In this document: in pieces, positions 33,293 through 48,935 of the stretch
Position numbering within the stretch: the first letter of the stretch is position 1
Layout of the letters: each line of letters starts with the position of its first letter
DNA from: Eledone cirrhosa
Taxonomy: Eukaryota
DNA: 62,695 bases
Direction: 5' to 3'
Assembly (NCBI GenBank): GCA_964016885.1
Contig: CAXHJY010001247.1
Coordinates: 1-62,695 of the forward strand
Program-made: the position numbers and the translations under genes
Notes under the pieces: model-generated
What the model was told of the DNA's origin: nothing
The model's database searches: none
Seen by the model: only the letters and a program-made list of their open reading frames with translations

Positions 33293-33892
33293 GTCAGGTG
33301 ACCACTTGGTGCTACTGGTAACATGTATCCCAGTACAACCTGTCTCATAGTTGGCGACTAAACTGGCAACCCCACCAAGGTTTCTTGGTGAGGAGGGTGA
33401 CTTTGGACATCCTGCAGGACTAAAAACAAAACCTGTCAAAGGGCAAAGGAGCTCTTAAGAGTCAATGGCCATCCAAAATCACTGGGAGAGATGACCCCTT
33501 AGCCTTTGTCAAGGCAGAATTCTAGGAGAAGGAAAACTCTGATATAACACCTGCAACCCTGATGGTATCCAATGATGTTGCCTTGTTCCTCTTTTTGGTA
33601 AATATCATCTTGGTTAAGAGAGTGGGACTGGCTTTGTGCAGTGCCTTTGCTCACTATAAAAGCTTCACGGCACAGGCATTGCTTTATATCTGGAGATCTC
33701 TCTGCACTTGTCGTCACATGGTACCAAGGGCAAAGCACTATGTGTCAATAATTGTCACAAGTGTAGTGTTTGTACCAGAGTTTTCAAGTCGCCTGCTGGA
33801 CTAAAAAGTCACACTCGTTCAGCGCATCGGTAGGGGTTCTCCTACATGGATATAAAGTAGTGGCCATACTCGAAAACGAGTTGGCAGCCACC
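33293..33892 (+). mobile_element. Internally deleted RTE-derived non-autonomous element (about 600 bp)
   Basis: An RTE 5'-UTR-like motif (ggagaaggaaaactctga) is joined to a terminal C2H2 finger remnant ([23 protein letters not shown]) and a ctcgaaaacgag stem-loop. There is no RT sequence. Three copies in the window. Confidence 0.75.
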
Positions 33893-33989
33893 ATATATAT
33901 ATATACATATATATGTATATATATATATATACATATATATGTATATATATATATACATATATATGTATATATATATATACATATATATG

Positions 33990-35577
33990 TATCATCATCA
34001 TCATCATCATCATTTTACGTCCGCTTTTCCCTGCTTGCAAGGGTGGGACGGGTCTTATTCAGCACAGCATCTCTCCACTCGTCACGGTCCCTCGTCATCT
34101 CCACCGTGAGCTTCAATGATCTGAGGTCTGTTCTCACCACCTCCGCCCATGTTTTTCGTGGTCTACCTCTACTACGTCTTCCTTCAACTGGCATTTCCTG
34201 GCACTTCTTCACCCATCGGTCATCCTCCATGCGCATCACATGTCCATACCACCTCAGTCTCCTCTCCCGTACACTACATTCTATCCCTCTCAGACACAGT
34301 TTCTCTCTCAACACATTTATGCTGGGTCGTTCACGCACATTTACACTGCACATCCAACGGAGCATGCTTGCCTCATTTCTCTCCAGCCGTCGCATATCTT
34401 CTGCGGTAGCTGCCCATGTCTCACTACCATGCAGCATCGCGCTCCTCACACAGGCATCATACAACCGGCCTTTCGTACGCAGGGAGAAACCCTTCTTCGT
34501 CAACAGAGGAAGCAGCTCCCTAAACTTCTTCCAACCCGTCCTTATTCTAGATACTATGGCCTCGGAACACCCTCCTCCCATGCTAATCTGATCTCCTAGG
34601 TACCGGAAGCTATCCACCACTTCTATAGCGCCCTCTCGCATTTGAAAAATGTGTCTATCAGTGCGACTTCTACTGTCTAATTTCCCTGTACATCTACTGC
34701 ATACATATTTCTCCCTACCTGTTAGTTTGCCTGCTATCCCGCTACATCTCTTGTGTACCCAGGACCTACATTGTGTGCATTTTATAGAATTTATGCCAGT
34801 TCCTTTTCTGCATATCGAACATGGCCATTTCCCTGACGGAATCAGGGTTTTGTCCTCTTTTCTACTCATCAACACTTTTGTCTTAGCTAGATTTACTCTC
34901 AGTCCTCTTGCTTCCAACTGCTGTTTCCATAGCCGGAATTTATTCTCTAGCTCCTCTACTGATTCTGCCATAAGAGCCAGATCGTCAGCATAGAGAAGTT
35001 CCCATGGACAGCCAGTCTTAAACTCCTCTGTTATGGCTTGGAGGACTATAATGAACAAGAGCGGGCTGAGGACCGAACCCTGATGTACTCCTACTTGTAT
35101 CTGGAATTCCTCACTAAACTCCATTCCTACCCTGACTTTACTGAGAGTACCTCTGTACAAAGTTTGCACTGTCCTTACAAGCCATTCCTCAACACCCAGC
35201 TTCCTTAGGGACCACCAGATGACAGATCGGGGTACCCTATCAAAGGCCTTCTCTAGGTCAACAAAGGCCAAGTATAGTGGCTTATTCTTCTCTAAGAACC
35301 TCTCTTGCATTTGTCTCACCAAGAAGAGGGCATCTGTTGTACTCTTCCCAGGCACAAAACCAAACTGCATCTCATCTAGTTTGACCCTTTCTCTAATTAG
35401 TTGTGCTAAAATCCTTTCTGCCACTTTCATAACCTGATCTATCAGTTTTATACCCCTATAATTGCTCCTCTCCAAAGCATCCCCTTTACCTTTGTAGCAA
35501 TTTATGAGAATACTGCTGCACCAGTCTTTGGGTATGACACCACCATATATAGCCTGATTGATTATGCGTGCAACCAT
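33990..35577 (-). mobile_element. RTE family A, 5'-truncated, RT frame intact
   Basis: ORF 35577-34015 has the full RT motif set, a PHD-like finger and the C-terminus; (TGA)n tail. Confidence 0.93.
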
Positions 35578-35633
35578 AATATATACATATATATATACAT
35601 ATATATGTATATATATATATATACATATATATG

Positions 35634-35679
<46 letters not shown>

Positions 35680-35686
35680 CACATAT

Positions 35687-36274
35687 GGTGGCTGCCAACT
35701 CGTTTTCGAGTACGGCCATTACTTTATATCCATGTAGGAGAACTCCTACCGATGCGCTGAACGAGTGTGACTTTTTAGTCCAGCCAGCGACTTGAAAACT
35801 CTGGCACAAACACTACACTTGTGACAATTATTGACACATAGTCCTGGGCCCATGGTACCATGTGACGACAAGTGCAGAGAGATCTCCAGATATAAAGCAA
35901 TGCCTGTGCCGTGAAGCTTTTATAGTGAGCAAAGGCACTGCACAAAGCCAGTCCCACTCTCTTAACCAAGATGATATTTACCAAAAAGAACAACAAGTCA
36001 ACATCATTGGATATCATCAGGGTTGCAGGTGTTATATCAGAGTTTTCCTTCTCCGAGAATTCTGCCTTGACAAAGGCTAAGGGGTCATCTCTCTCGGTGC
36101 TTTTGGATGGCCATTGACGCTTAAGAGCTCCTTTGACAGGTTTTGTTTTTAGTCCTGCAGGATGTCCAAAGTCACCCTCCTCACCAAGAAACCTTGGTGG
36201 GGTTGCCAGTTTAGTCGCCAACGACCCGACCATAAGACAGGTTGTACTGGGATACATGTTACCAGTAGCACTGG
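35687..36274 (-). mobile_element. Internally deleted RTE-derived non-autonomous element
   Basis: Reverse-complement homologue of about 33308-33892. Confidence 0.8.
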
Positions 36275-38166
<1,892 letters not shown>

Positions 38167-38460
38167 GAAAACAAATAACGAAACGAAATTAAATTTCGTT
38201 TCGTTTGTAACTCACTTTTGTATGACTGACGCTTAAACAATTAAGTTAAAGATGTACATCCATATATGTATACTGAAATACTAGTATGTATATGAATACA
38301 CACACGTATACATATGTAGATGTACCAAGTTTTTTCACTGGTCACTTTACTGTGAGTGGCCAGCTATTCTGTATGTAAACACACAGACAAACCGGTTTTT
38401 AGAGTCATACTGGTTTTTGAGGAAACACCTTTCCTCTATTCTCCAGAAAGCCAGACAAGG

Positions 38461-38505
38461 AATATTGAACTAGTTTCGTTGTTGTTACAACTCATCAGCA
38501 ATATT
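38461..38505 (-). ncRNA. Minimal type I hammerhead ribozyme (array unit 1)
   Basis: Minus strand: aatattg CTGATGA gttgt-aaca-acaac GAAA CTAG TT caatatt. Stems I and II are perfect and stem III is palindromic. Confidence 0.93.
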
Positions 38506-38925
38506 TACCTATCTTCCGGCCTCTCTAGAGAATCGTAAAAGCACATATCGTTATATGCTTTTTCTATGAAAATTAGTAGTGGGCAGACTAATTTGCATAG
38601 AGTGTGAGTAAGTACCGGTTCAATGGAGACGATAAAAACAAATAACGAAACGAAATTAAATTTCGTTTCGTTTGTAACTCACTTTTGTATGACTGACGCT
38701 TAAACAATTAAGTTAAAGATGTACATCAATATGTATACTGAAATACTAGTATGTATATGAATACACACACGTATACATATGTAGATGTACCAAGTTTTTT
38801 CACTGGTCACTTTACTGTGAGTGGCCAGCTATTCTGTATGTAAACACACAGACAAACCGGTTTTTAGAGTCATACTGGTTTTTGAGGAAACACCTTTCCT
38901 CTATTCTCCAGAAAGCCAGACAAGG

Positions 38926-38970
38926 AATATTGAACTAGTTTCGTTGTTGTTACAACTCATCAGCAATATT
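38926..38970 (-). ncRNA. Minimal type I hammerhead ribozyme (unit 2)
   Basis: Identical to the unit 1 motif. Confidence 0.93.
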
Positions 38971-39392
38971 TACCTATCTTCCGGCCTCTCTAGAGAATCG
39001 TAAAAGCACATATCGTTATATGCTTTTTCTATGAAAATTAGTAGTGGGCAGACTAATTTGCATAGAGTGTGAGTAAGTACCGGTTCAATGGAGACGATAA
39101 AAACAAATAACGAAACGAAATTAAATTTCGTTTCGTTTGTAACTCACTTTTGTATGACTGACGCTTAAACAATTAAGTTAAAGATGTACATCCATATATG
39201 TATACTGAAATACTAGTATGTATATGAATACACACACGTATACATATGTAGATGTACCAAGTTTTTTCACTGGTCACTTTACTGTGAGTGGCCAGCTATT
39301 CTGTATGTAAACACACAGACAAACCGGTTTTTAGAGTCATACTGGTTTTTGAGGAAACACCTTTCCTCTATTCTCCAGAAAGCCAGACAAGG

Positions 39393-39437
39393 AATATTGA
39401 ACTAGTTTCGTTGTTGTTACAACTCATCAGCAATATT
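39393..39437 (-). ncRNA. Minimal type I hammerhead ribozyme (unit 3)
   Basis: Identical to the unit 1 motif. Confidence 0.93.
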
Positions 39438-39857
39438 TACCTATCTTCCGGCCTCTCTAGAGAATCGTAAAAGCACATATCGTTATATGCTTTTTCTATG
39501 AAAATTAGTAGTGGGCAGACTAATTTGCATAGAGTGTGAGTAAGTACCGGTTCAATGGAGACGATAAAAACAAATAACGAAACGAAATTAAATTTCGTTT
39601 CGTTTGTAACTCACTTTTGTATGACTGACGCTTAAACAATTAAGTTAAAGATGTACATCAATATGTATACTGAAATACTAGTATGTATATGAATACACAC
39701 ACGTATACATATGTAGATGTACCAAGTTTTTTCACTGGTCACTTTACTGTGAGTGGCCAGCTATTCTGTATGTAAACACACAGACAAACCGGTTTTTAGA
39801 GTCATACTGGTTTTTGAGGAAACACCTTTCCTCTATTCTCCAGAAAGCCAGACAAGG

Positions 39858-39902
39858 AATATTGAACTAGTTTCGTTGTTGTTACAACTCATCAGCAATA
39901 TT
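39858..39902 (-). ncRNA. Minimal type I hammerhead ribozyme (unit 4)
   Basis: Identical to the unit 1 motif. Confidence 0.93.
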
Positions 39903-40324
39903 TACCTATCTTCCGGCCTCTCTAGAGAATCGTAAAAGCACATATCGTTATATGCTTTTTCTATGAAAATTAGTAGTGGGCAGACTAATTTGCATAGAGT
40001 GTGAGTAAGTACCGGTTCAATGGAGACGATAAAAACAAATAACGAAACGAAATTAAATTTCGTTTCGTTTGTAACTCACTTTTGTATGACTGACGCTTAA
40101 ACAATTAAGTTAAAGATGTACATCCATATATGTATACTGAAATACTAGTATGTATATGAATACACACACGTATACATATGTAGATGTACCAAGTTTTTTC
40201 ACTGGTCACTTTACTGTGAGTGGCCAGCTATTCTGTATGTAAACACACAGACAAACCGGTTTTTAGAGTCATACTGGTTTTTGAGGAAACACCTTTCCTC
40301 TATTCTCCAGAAAGCCAGACAAGG

Positions 40325-40369
40325 AATATTGAACTAGTTTCGTTGTTGTTACAACTCATCAGCAATATT
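40325..40369 (-). ncRNA. Minimal type I hammerhead ribozyme (unit 5)
   Basis: Identical to the unit 1 motif. Confidence 0.93.
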
Positions 40370-40791
40370 TACCTATCTTCCGGCCTCTCTAGAGAATCGT
40401 AAAAGCACATATCGTTATATGCTTTTTCTATGAAAATTAGTAGTGGGCAGACTAATTTGCATAGAGTGTGAGTAAGTACCGGTTCAATGGAGACGATAAA
40501 AACAAATAACGAAACGAAATTAAATTTCGTTTCGTTTGTAACTCACTTTTGTATGACTGACGCTTAAACAATTAAGTTAAAGATGTACATCCATATATGT
40601 ATACTGAAATACTAGTATGTATATGAATACACACACGTATACATATGTAGATGTACCAAGTTTTTTCACTGGTCACTTTACTGTGAGTGGCCAGCTATTC
40701 TGTATGTAAACACACAGACAAACCGGTTTTTAGAGTCATACTGGTTTTTGAGGAAACACCTTTCCTCTATTCTCCAGAAAGCCAGACAAGG

Positions 40792-40836
40792 AATATTGAA
40801 CTAGTTTCGTTGTTGTTACAACTCATCAGCAATATT
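40792..40836 (-). ncRNA. Minimal type I hammerhead ribozyme (unit 6)
   Basis: Identical to the unit 1 motif. Confidence 0.93.
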
Positions 40837-41258
40837 TACCTATCTTCCGGCCTCTCTAGAGAATCGTAAAAGCACATATCGTTATATGCTTTTTCTATGA
40901 AAATTAGTAGTGGGCAGACTAATTTGCATAGAGTGTGAGTAAGTACCGGTTCAATGGAGACGATAAAAACAAATAACGAAACGAAATTAAATTTCGTTTC
41001 GTTTGTAACTCACTTTTGTATGACTGACGCTTAAACAATTAAGTTAAAGATGTACATCCATATATGTATACTGAAATACTAGTATGTATATGAATACACA
41101 CACGTATACATATGTAGATGTACCAAGTTTTTTCACTGGTCACTTTACTGTGAGTGGCCAGCTATTCTGTATGTAAACACACAGACAAACCGGTTTTTAG
41201 AGTCATACTGGTTTTTGAGGAAACACCTTTCCTCTATTCTCCAGAAAGCCAGACAAGG

Positions 41259-41303
41259 AATATTGAACTAGTTTCGTTGTTGTTACAACTCATCAGCAAT
41301 ATT
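41259..41303 (-). ncRNA. Minimal type I hammerhead ribozyme (unit 7)
   Basis: Identical to the unit 1 motif. Confidence 0.93.
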
Positions 41304-41564
41304 TACCTATCTTCCGGCCTCTCTAGAGAATCGTAAAAGCACATATCGTTATATGCTTTTTCTATGAAAAGCGTCAGTCATACAAAAGTGAGTTACAAAC
41401 GAAACGAAATTTAATTTCGTTTCGTTATTTGTTTTTATCGTCTCCATTGAACCGGTACTTACTCACACTCTATGCAAATTAGTCTGCCCACTACTAATTT
41501 TCATAGAAAAAGCATATAACGATATGTGCTTTTACGATTCTCTAGAGAGGCCGGAAGATAGGTA

Positions 41565-41609
41565 AATATTGCTGATGAGTTGTAACAACAACGAAACTAG
41601 TTCAATATT
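41565..41609 (+). ncRNA. Minimal type I hammerhead ribozyme (inverted unit)
   Basis: CTGATGA at 41572-41578 and GAAA at 41593-41596; predicted cut between 41602 and 41603. Confidence 0.93.
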
Positions 41610-41844
41610 CCTTGTCTGGCTTTCTGGAGAATAGAGGAAAGGTGTTTCCTCAAAAACCAGTATGACTCTAAAAACCGGTTTGTCTGTGTGTTTACATACA
41701 GAATAGCTGGCCACTCACAGTAAAGTGACCAGTGAAAAAACTTGGTACATCTACATATGTATACGTGTGTGTATTCATATACATACTAGTATTTCAGTAT
41801 ACATATATGGATGTACATCTTTAACTTAATTGTATATATATATG

Positions 41845-41931
<87 letters not shown>

Positions 41932-41989
41932 GTATATATATGTATATATATGTATATATATATATATGTATATATATGTATATATACAG

Positions 41990-42061
<72 letters not shown>

Positions 42062-42368
42062 GTATTTATACAGATATCTGTATATATACATATATATATA
42101 TATCTGTATCTGTATATATACATATATATATATATATATGTATATATACAGATATATATATATATTTATATATATATACATATATATATATATGTATATA
42201 TATATATGTATATATATATACAGATATATATATATGTATATATATATGTATATATATATACATGTATATATATATACAGATATATATATATGTATATATA
42301 TATATATATGTATATATATATACAGATATATATATATGTATATATGTATATATATGTATATATATATG

Positions 42369-42399
<31 letters not shown>

Positions 42400-42400
42400 G

Positions 42401-42437
<37 letters not shown>

Positions 42438-42456
42438 GTATATATATGTATATATA

Positions 42457-43378
42457 TTTATTAAAATAACAGATTAAAGTTTAAGCAAAGAATCGCTGCT
42501 TTCACCCTTAACGGGATCTTCTGAAACTAACAAAGTCAATCTGTAAACGCAGAACTGGATATTTCAAAAAACGTTGCAACCAGAGGAAGACAGGAAGACG
42601 ATACTTTGGTTCGTGGTAACGTTCGCTGGCAAAGAACGGGAAAAAACGAATAATACGTCATTAATAGGAGCGGTGAAAAACAATTACGCGCAAAGACAAA
42701 ACCACGTTTATGGTATAAAAGAGGTCGTAGACTAATATAGACGTATGCTTGTGTATGTACGTATCTGTTTGCGTGTATGTATTTATTTGTTCCTATTACT
42801 TCTGTATTGTATTTATTTACTTTGTTCTTAACTCTGTAGCGGAGATTCATTTGGTCTCCTAGTTAGAATTTTAGTCTACGATTTCTGCTATACCATTTAC
42901 GTGGGTTTGTCTTTGCGTGCTATTGTTCTCCACGCTCCACATATGACTTATTATCTTCGTTTTTTCGTTCATTGCCAGAGAACGTCTCTATGCACCACCT
43001 AAGAGAACATTAGTCTACGACCTCTTTTATACCATAAACGTGGTTTTGTCTTTGCGCGTAATTGTTTTTCACCGCTCCTATTAATGACGTATTATTCGTT
43101 TTTTCCCGTTCTTTGCCAGCGAACGTTACCACGAACCAAAGTATCGTCTTCCTGTCTTCCTCCGGTTGCAACGTTTTTTGAAATATCCAGTTCTGCGTTT
43201 ACAGATTGACTTTGTTAGTTTCAGAAGATCCCGTTAAGGGTGACAGCAGCGATTCTTTGCTTAAACTTTAATCTGTTATTTTAATAAATATTTGCTCTAC
43301 GGTTCTTATATATTTGATATATATTTTCCTTATCGAGCCCTCTTTGGATTTTAGTCTTCAATTTTATTATTATTACTA
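42457..43378. mobile_element. Fold-back insertion of two PLE-2 3' UTR fragments
   Basis: 42457-42737 matches about 14320-14598 in the same orientation. About 42750-43290 is the reverse complement of about 14320-14850. HHR copies lie at 42469-42544(-) and 43201-43276(+), the latter with GAAA mutated to GACA. Confidence 0.9.
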
Positions 43379-43387
43379 TATGTATAT

Positions 43388-44646
43388 ATCATCAGCATCA
43401 TCATCAGGTTTAGCGTCCGTGTTCCACGCTTGCATGGGTTTGGACGGTGGTTTTCCCACTTGAGGCAAGAGTGGTTGTCTTGCTCGCATAGGACTGTCTG
43501 GCGGGTTTTCTACAGTTGGATGCCCTTCCTAACACCAACCACATTTACAGTGTGGGGCTGGGAGGTTTTTACCGTGTTGCCTACACGGCCACATTACAGC
43601 GTGGACTGTCTGGCGGGTTTTCTACAGCTGGATGCCCTTCCTAACACCAACCACATTTACAGTGTGGGGCTGGGAGGTGTTTACCGTGTTGCCTACACGG
43701 CCACATTTACAGCGTGGACTGTGTGTTTTTTGTCGTGACACCTACACGATCTCATTTGTTTCGGCCTGGATGTTGTGGGATCAACATAACTGTACATTGA
43801 AAGGGGCGGTGTGGATGGGGTGGAGGTGGTGGGACGGGGGGGGGGGGGGTTTGATAGAGATGCCTACTGACTGTAGTAGGTTTTTACTTTGTATTTAGGT
43901 AAGGCGGGTCTTCTCTATTACTGAGTACCGCCAAAGGTCTCGGTCCAGTGACATTGTCTTGGAGAGGTGTAAGCGTGTGAGGTCGGAATTTATCAGCTCG
44001 TCCCATATTTTTCTGGGTCTGCCTACTCCGTGGCTACCGTCTATCTTTATTGCCCTGCACTTTGTTATACAGCTGTCGTCTTTCATGCGCATCACGTGAC
44101 CGTACCAACGTAGCCTTCTCTCGAGTAAACAACATCTGATCCCTCTTATTTCTAATTTTTTCCTTAGTTCGCTTATGCTTTGCCGTTCACGTATGTTACT
44201 ATTACACATCCAGCGGAGCATGCAAGCTTCGTTCCTCTCTAGTCTGTGTATATCCTCTGCACACAATGCCCAGGTCTCACTGCCATGCAACATTGCTGTT
44301 CGTATGCAGGCATCATAGAACCTGCCTTTCATTTTTAGGGAAAACCCTTTAGCGACTAATAGTGGTATAAGCTCTCTGAACTTTTTCCATCCAGTTCTGA
44401 CTCTAGCTACTGTACTTTCAGAGCACCCTCCCCCACTGCTGATTTTGTCACCCAGGTAACGGAAGCTGTCCACTATTTCTATAGAACCCTCTGCGCAGTT
44501 GAAGGAGCTAGTATCCTGTGGGCACTTGCTGCTACTTATTGCACCAGAGCACCGGCCACATGTAAAATCTATGTTCTTAGTTAGCTTACCTGTGATCCCA
44601 CTACATCTTTTATGCACCCATACTTTGCATTTGGGACATAAAATGG

Positions 44647-44651
<5 letters not shown>
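43388..44651 (-). mobile_element. RTE family B 3' fragment
   Basis: ORF 44617-43895 encodes the PHD-like finger end and C-terminus; UTR and (GAT)n tail present. Confidence 0.92.
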
Positions 44652-44690
<39 letters not shown>

Positions 44691-44848
44691 TATGTATATA
44701 TACATATATATGTATATATATATATATGTATATATATGTATATATATATACGTAGTCGAAGAATTTAGGAGCAGTTTAGGTATGATACATTTTATTACTA
44801 ATTATATCTAAATGTTTCTTCTCTCTTCATAATGTATATATATATATG

Positions 44849-44931
<83 letters not shown>

Positions 44932-45131
44932 GTATATATATAATATATATATGTATATATATATATATGTATATATACATATATATGTATATATACATAT
45001 ATATGTATATATATGTATATGTATATATATATATATGTATATATATGTGTACATGTATATGTATATATATATGTATATATATGTGTACATGTATATGTAT
45101 ATATATATATATGTATATGTATATATATATA

Positions 45132-45600
45132 TGAATTAGTTTTGCGAGGTTTTTTATATGAAATCGTGTGTCGAAACAAATATTGTTATACTTGGGGAGG
45201 GTCATATTTGTGTAATATTGCCAGAATTAATAACAGAACACACTCACTGTTTGGTTGGTTATCGCTTTTCGCTTCTGTGTCTTTCATATCGGTAATCTAA
45301 TTTATTCGGTCCTCAATGTTGCCATTGACTGACGAACGGTCAAAAATAATACAGATACAATATAGACACAAACACATATATATAGTTTATCAAAGTTCTT
45401 TCGTTGCACATCTGCAACATCGTCAGTGGTGCTATTGTTTCCTCCCGTTACATTGTATGTCTATGCCATTTTTATTTAGTCTGTCTAAATATTTGGGTGG
45501 GCCAAAACTACACGGACCCACCAAAACAATGATCAGGTAAGAAAAATGGTCACACATGCAATAGGGGCTAGTATCAAAACAACCCTAAAGGGCCACATAT
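45132..45600 (-). mobile_element. PLE-like pseudo-LTR: degenerate hammerhead followed by an ORF start ([22 protein letters not shown])
   Basis: Minus strand about 45434-45383 reads gcacca CTGACGA t-gttgca-gatg-tgcaac GAAA GAAC TT tgat, with a weak stem I. The ORF start about 180 nt downstream is homologous to the peptide at about 10363-10444. The right boundary is uncertain. Confidence 0.6.
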
Positions 45601-46066
45601 TCAAGTTCAATATGTGTATATATGTGTATATATGTATATGGTGTATGTATACTAACGCAGTCACACACACACCGCTAAATATACACACTTACACACATTA
45701 ACACACTCACACGTACACAGGCGTACACACACTCTCTCACACACAGATTATCTGTTGTTCAAAGACGTTCCAGTCGTATACATATATGTATACATGTGTG
45801 TGTGTATATGTATATGTGTATATGTATATATGTGTGTAAGTACGTGTGTGTGTGTATGCATGTGAATATGTATATGCATATGTATGTATGCGTAAGTACA
45901 TATGTGTGTGTATGTAAGGAGTATATGGCAGGTTTTCTACAGCTGGATGCCCTTCCTAACAGCAACCACATTTACAGTGTGGACTGGGAGGTTTTTACTG
46001 TGTTACCTACACAGCCACATTACAGCGTGGACTGTGTTTTTTTGTCGTGACACCTACACGATCTCG

Positions 46067-46217
<151 letters not shown>

Positions 46218-46321
46218 AACACATACATAATACACATAAGGTATGGATATATATATATATATATATACATACATACAAGGCATCAATATATATATATATA
46301 TACACATACGCACATACATAC

Positions 46322-46682
46322 TCAGATGGTGGATGGGTGCTACACGAGAATGCTGAGGATGGCTCTGAACATTAATCAGTATACACTGAGGATGAAAAAC
46401 TCAGAGCTGTATGGGAGCCTCCCAAAAGTCAGGTCGAAAGTAACACAGAGGAGACTGAGGTTAGCTGGACATGCTGACCGACATCCAGAGTTGACATTGC
46501 ACTCAGTGCTCCTGTGGACACACTGGAAGAGGAAGATGAAGGTTAACGTATGTTGATGCCCTAAGGACAGACACTGGTCTGTTGGAGACCCAGGACATGG
46601 CACCGATAATGAGGGACAGAGACCGCTGGAGAGAACTCGTCCATGGATTTCGGGAATTTTACCTGCCCTAGATAGATAGATA
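46322..46682 (+). mobile_element. 3' fragment of a fourth RTE-like LINE
   Basis: [13 protein letters not shown]...LYGSLPK...[10 protein letters not shown], followed by a (TAGA)n tail. Confidence 0.75.
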
Positions 46683-46727
46683 TATATACACATACATACA
46701 TACACATAAGGCATGTATATATATATA

Positions 46728-46840
46728 ATTGTTTCTACTTTTGGCACAAGGCCAGCAATTATCCCAGTACATTACTGGTACTTTATTCTATCGACCCCGT
46801 AAGGATGAAAGGCAAAGTTAACCTTGGCGGGATTTGAACT
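46728..46840 (-). mobile_element. tRNA-SINE family 2, 3' fragment
   Basis: Matches about 56545-56656. Other fragments lie at about 49944-50000 and 58715-58822. Confidence 0.8.
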
Positions 46841-46943
46841 AATAATATGTGTAAGTCAAACATGTTAAAGCTGGTTTCGTTCATTCTAATTCGCTGCAAC
46901 TTTAACATGTTTCACTTACACATTAATATTATGTATATATATA

Positions 46944-47767
<824 letters not shown>

Positions 47768-47844
47768 TATATACATATTAGTAAAATCGAAGCTTTGGCT
47801 GTGAGCAAGCAAAGTCGACCTAATATATATATATACACATGCCT

Positions 47845-48836
47845 TGATTCTTATAGCAGAATCAATAGAGGAGCTAGAGAATAAATTCTGGCTATGGAAA
47901 CAGCAGTTGGAAGCAAGAGGACTGAGAGTGAACCTAGCTAAGACAAAAGTGTTGATGAGTAGAAAAGAGGACAAAACTCTGATTCCGTCAGGGAAATGGC
48001 CATGTTCGATATGCAGAAAAGGAACTGGCATAAATTCTATAAAATGCACACAATGCAGATCCTGGGTACACAAGAGATGTAGCGGGATAGCAGGCAAACT
48101 AACAGGTAGGGAGAAATACGTATGCAGTAGATGTACAGGGAAATTAGACAGTAGAAGTCGCATTGATAGACATATTTTTTAAATGCAGGAGGGTGCTATA
48201 GAAGTGGTGGATAGCTTCCGGTACCTAGGAGATCAGATTAGCATGGGAGGGGGGTTTTCTGAGGCCATAGTATCTAGAATAAGGATGGGTTGGAAGAAGT
48301 TTAGGGATATGCTTCCTCTGCTGATGAAGAAGGGTTTCTCCCTGTGTACGAAAGGCCGGTTATATGATGCCTGTGTGAGGAGCGTGATGCTGCATGGTAG
48401 TGAGACATGGGCAGCAACTGCAGAGGATATGCGACGGCTGGAGAGAAATGAGGCAAGTATGCTCCGTTGGATGTGCAGTGTAAATGTGCGTGAAAGACCC
48501 AGCATGAATGTGTTGAGAGAGAAACTGTATCTGAGAGGGATAGAATGTAGTGTATGGGAGAGGAGACTGAGGTGGTATGGACATGTGATGCGCATGGAGG
48601 ATGACCAATGGGTGAAGAAGTGCCAGGAAATGCCAGTTGAAGGAAGACGTGGTAGAGGTAGACCACGAAAAATATGGGCGGAGGTGGTGAGAACAGACCT
48701 CAGATGGTTGAAGCTCACGGTGGAGATGACGAAGCACCGTGACGAGTGGAGAGATGCTGTGCTGAATAAGACCTGTCCCACCCTTGCAAGCAGGGAAAAG
48801 CGGACGTAAAATGATGATGATGATGATGATGATGAT
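47845..48836 (+). mobile_element. RTE family A 3' fragment with an in-frame stop at 48180-48182
   Basis: ORFs 47844-48182 and 48183-48809; (TGA)n tail. Confidence 0.92.
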
Positions 48837-48867
48837 CTGTGTGTGTATATATATATATATCTTTGTG

Positions 48868-48905
<38 letters not shown>

Positions 48906-48935
48906 TATATTCATTCTGTCATTACAACCACAGAA

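Larger units (their letters stand above)
38167..41832 (-). mobile_element. Retrozyme-like tandem array: about 6.9 units of 465/467 bp plus one inverted permuted unit
   Basis: Periods are 465, 467, 465, 467, 467, 467. One HHR per unit. Inversion junction at about 41369-41371. (TA)n on both sides. Confidence 0.9.

Noticed and set aside
33293-36274. Composite transposon formed by two inverted 600-bp elements around an RTE
   Set aside because: The arms are diverged retroelement copies separated by TA tracts, with no transposase or shared target-site duplication. Independent insertions are the simpler explanation.
38167-41370. CRISPR array interpretation of the tandem repeats (also 55257-55813 and 62205-62695)
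   Set aside because: There are no unique spacers and no cas genes, and the context is eukaryotic.
38356-41714. Repeated 60-aa ORF (MASYSVCKH...) in each array unit
   Set aside because: It has a GTG start, no recognisable motif and lies antisense to the hammerhead. It recurs only because the unit is repeated.
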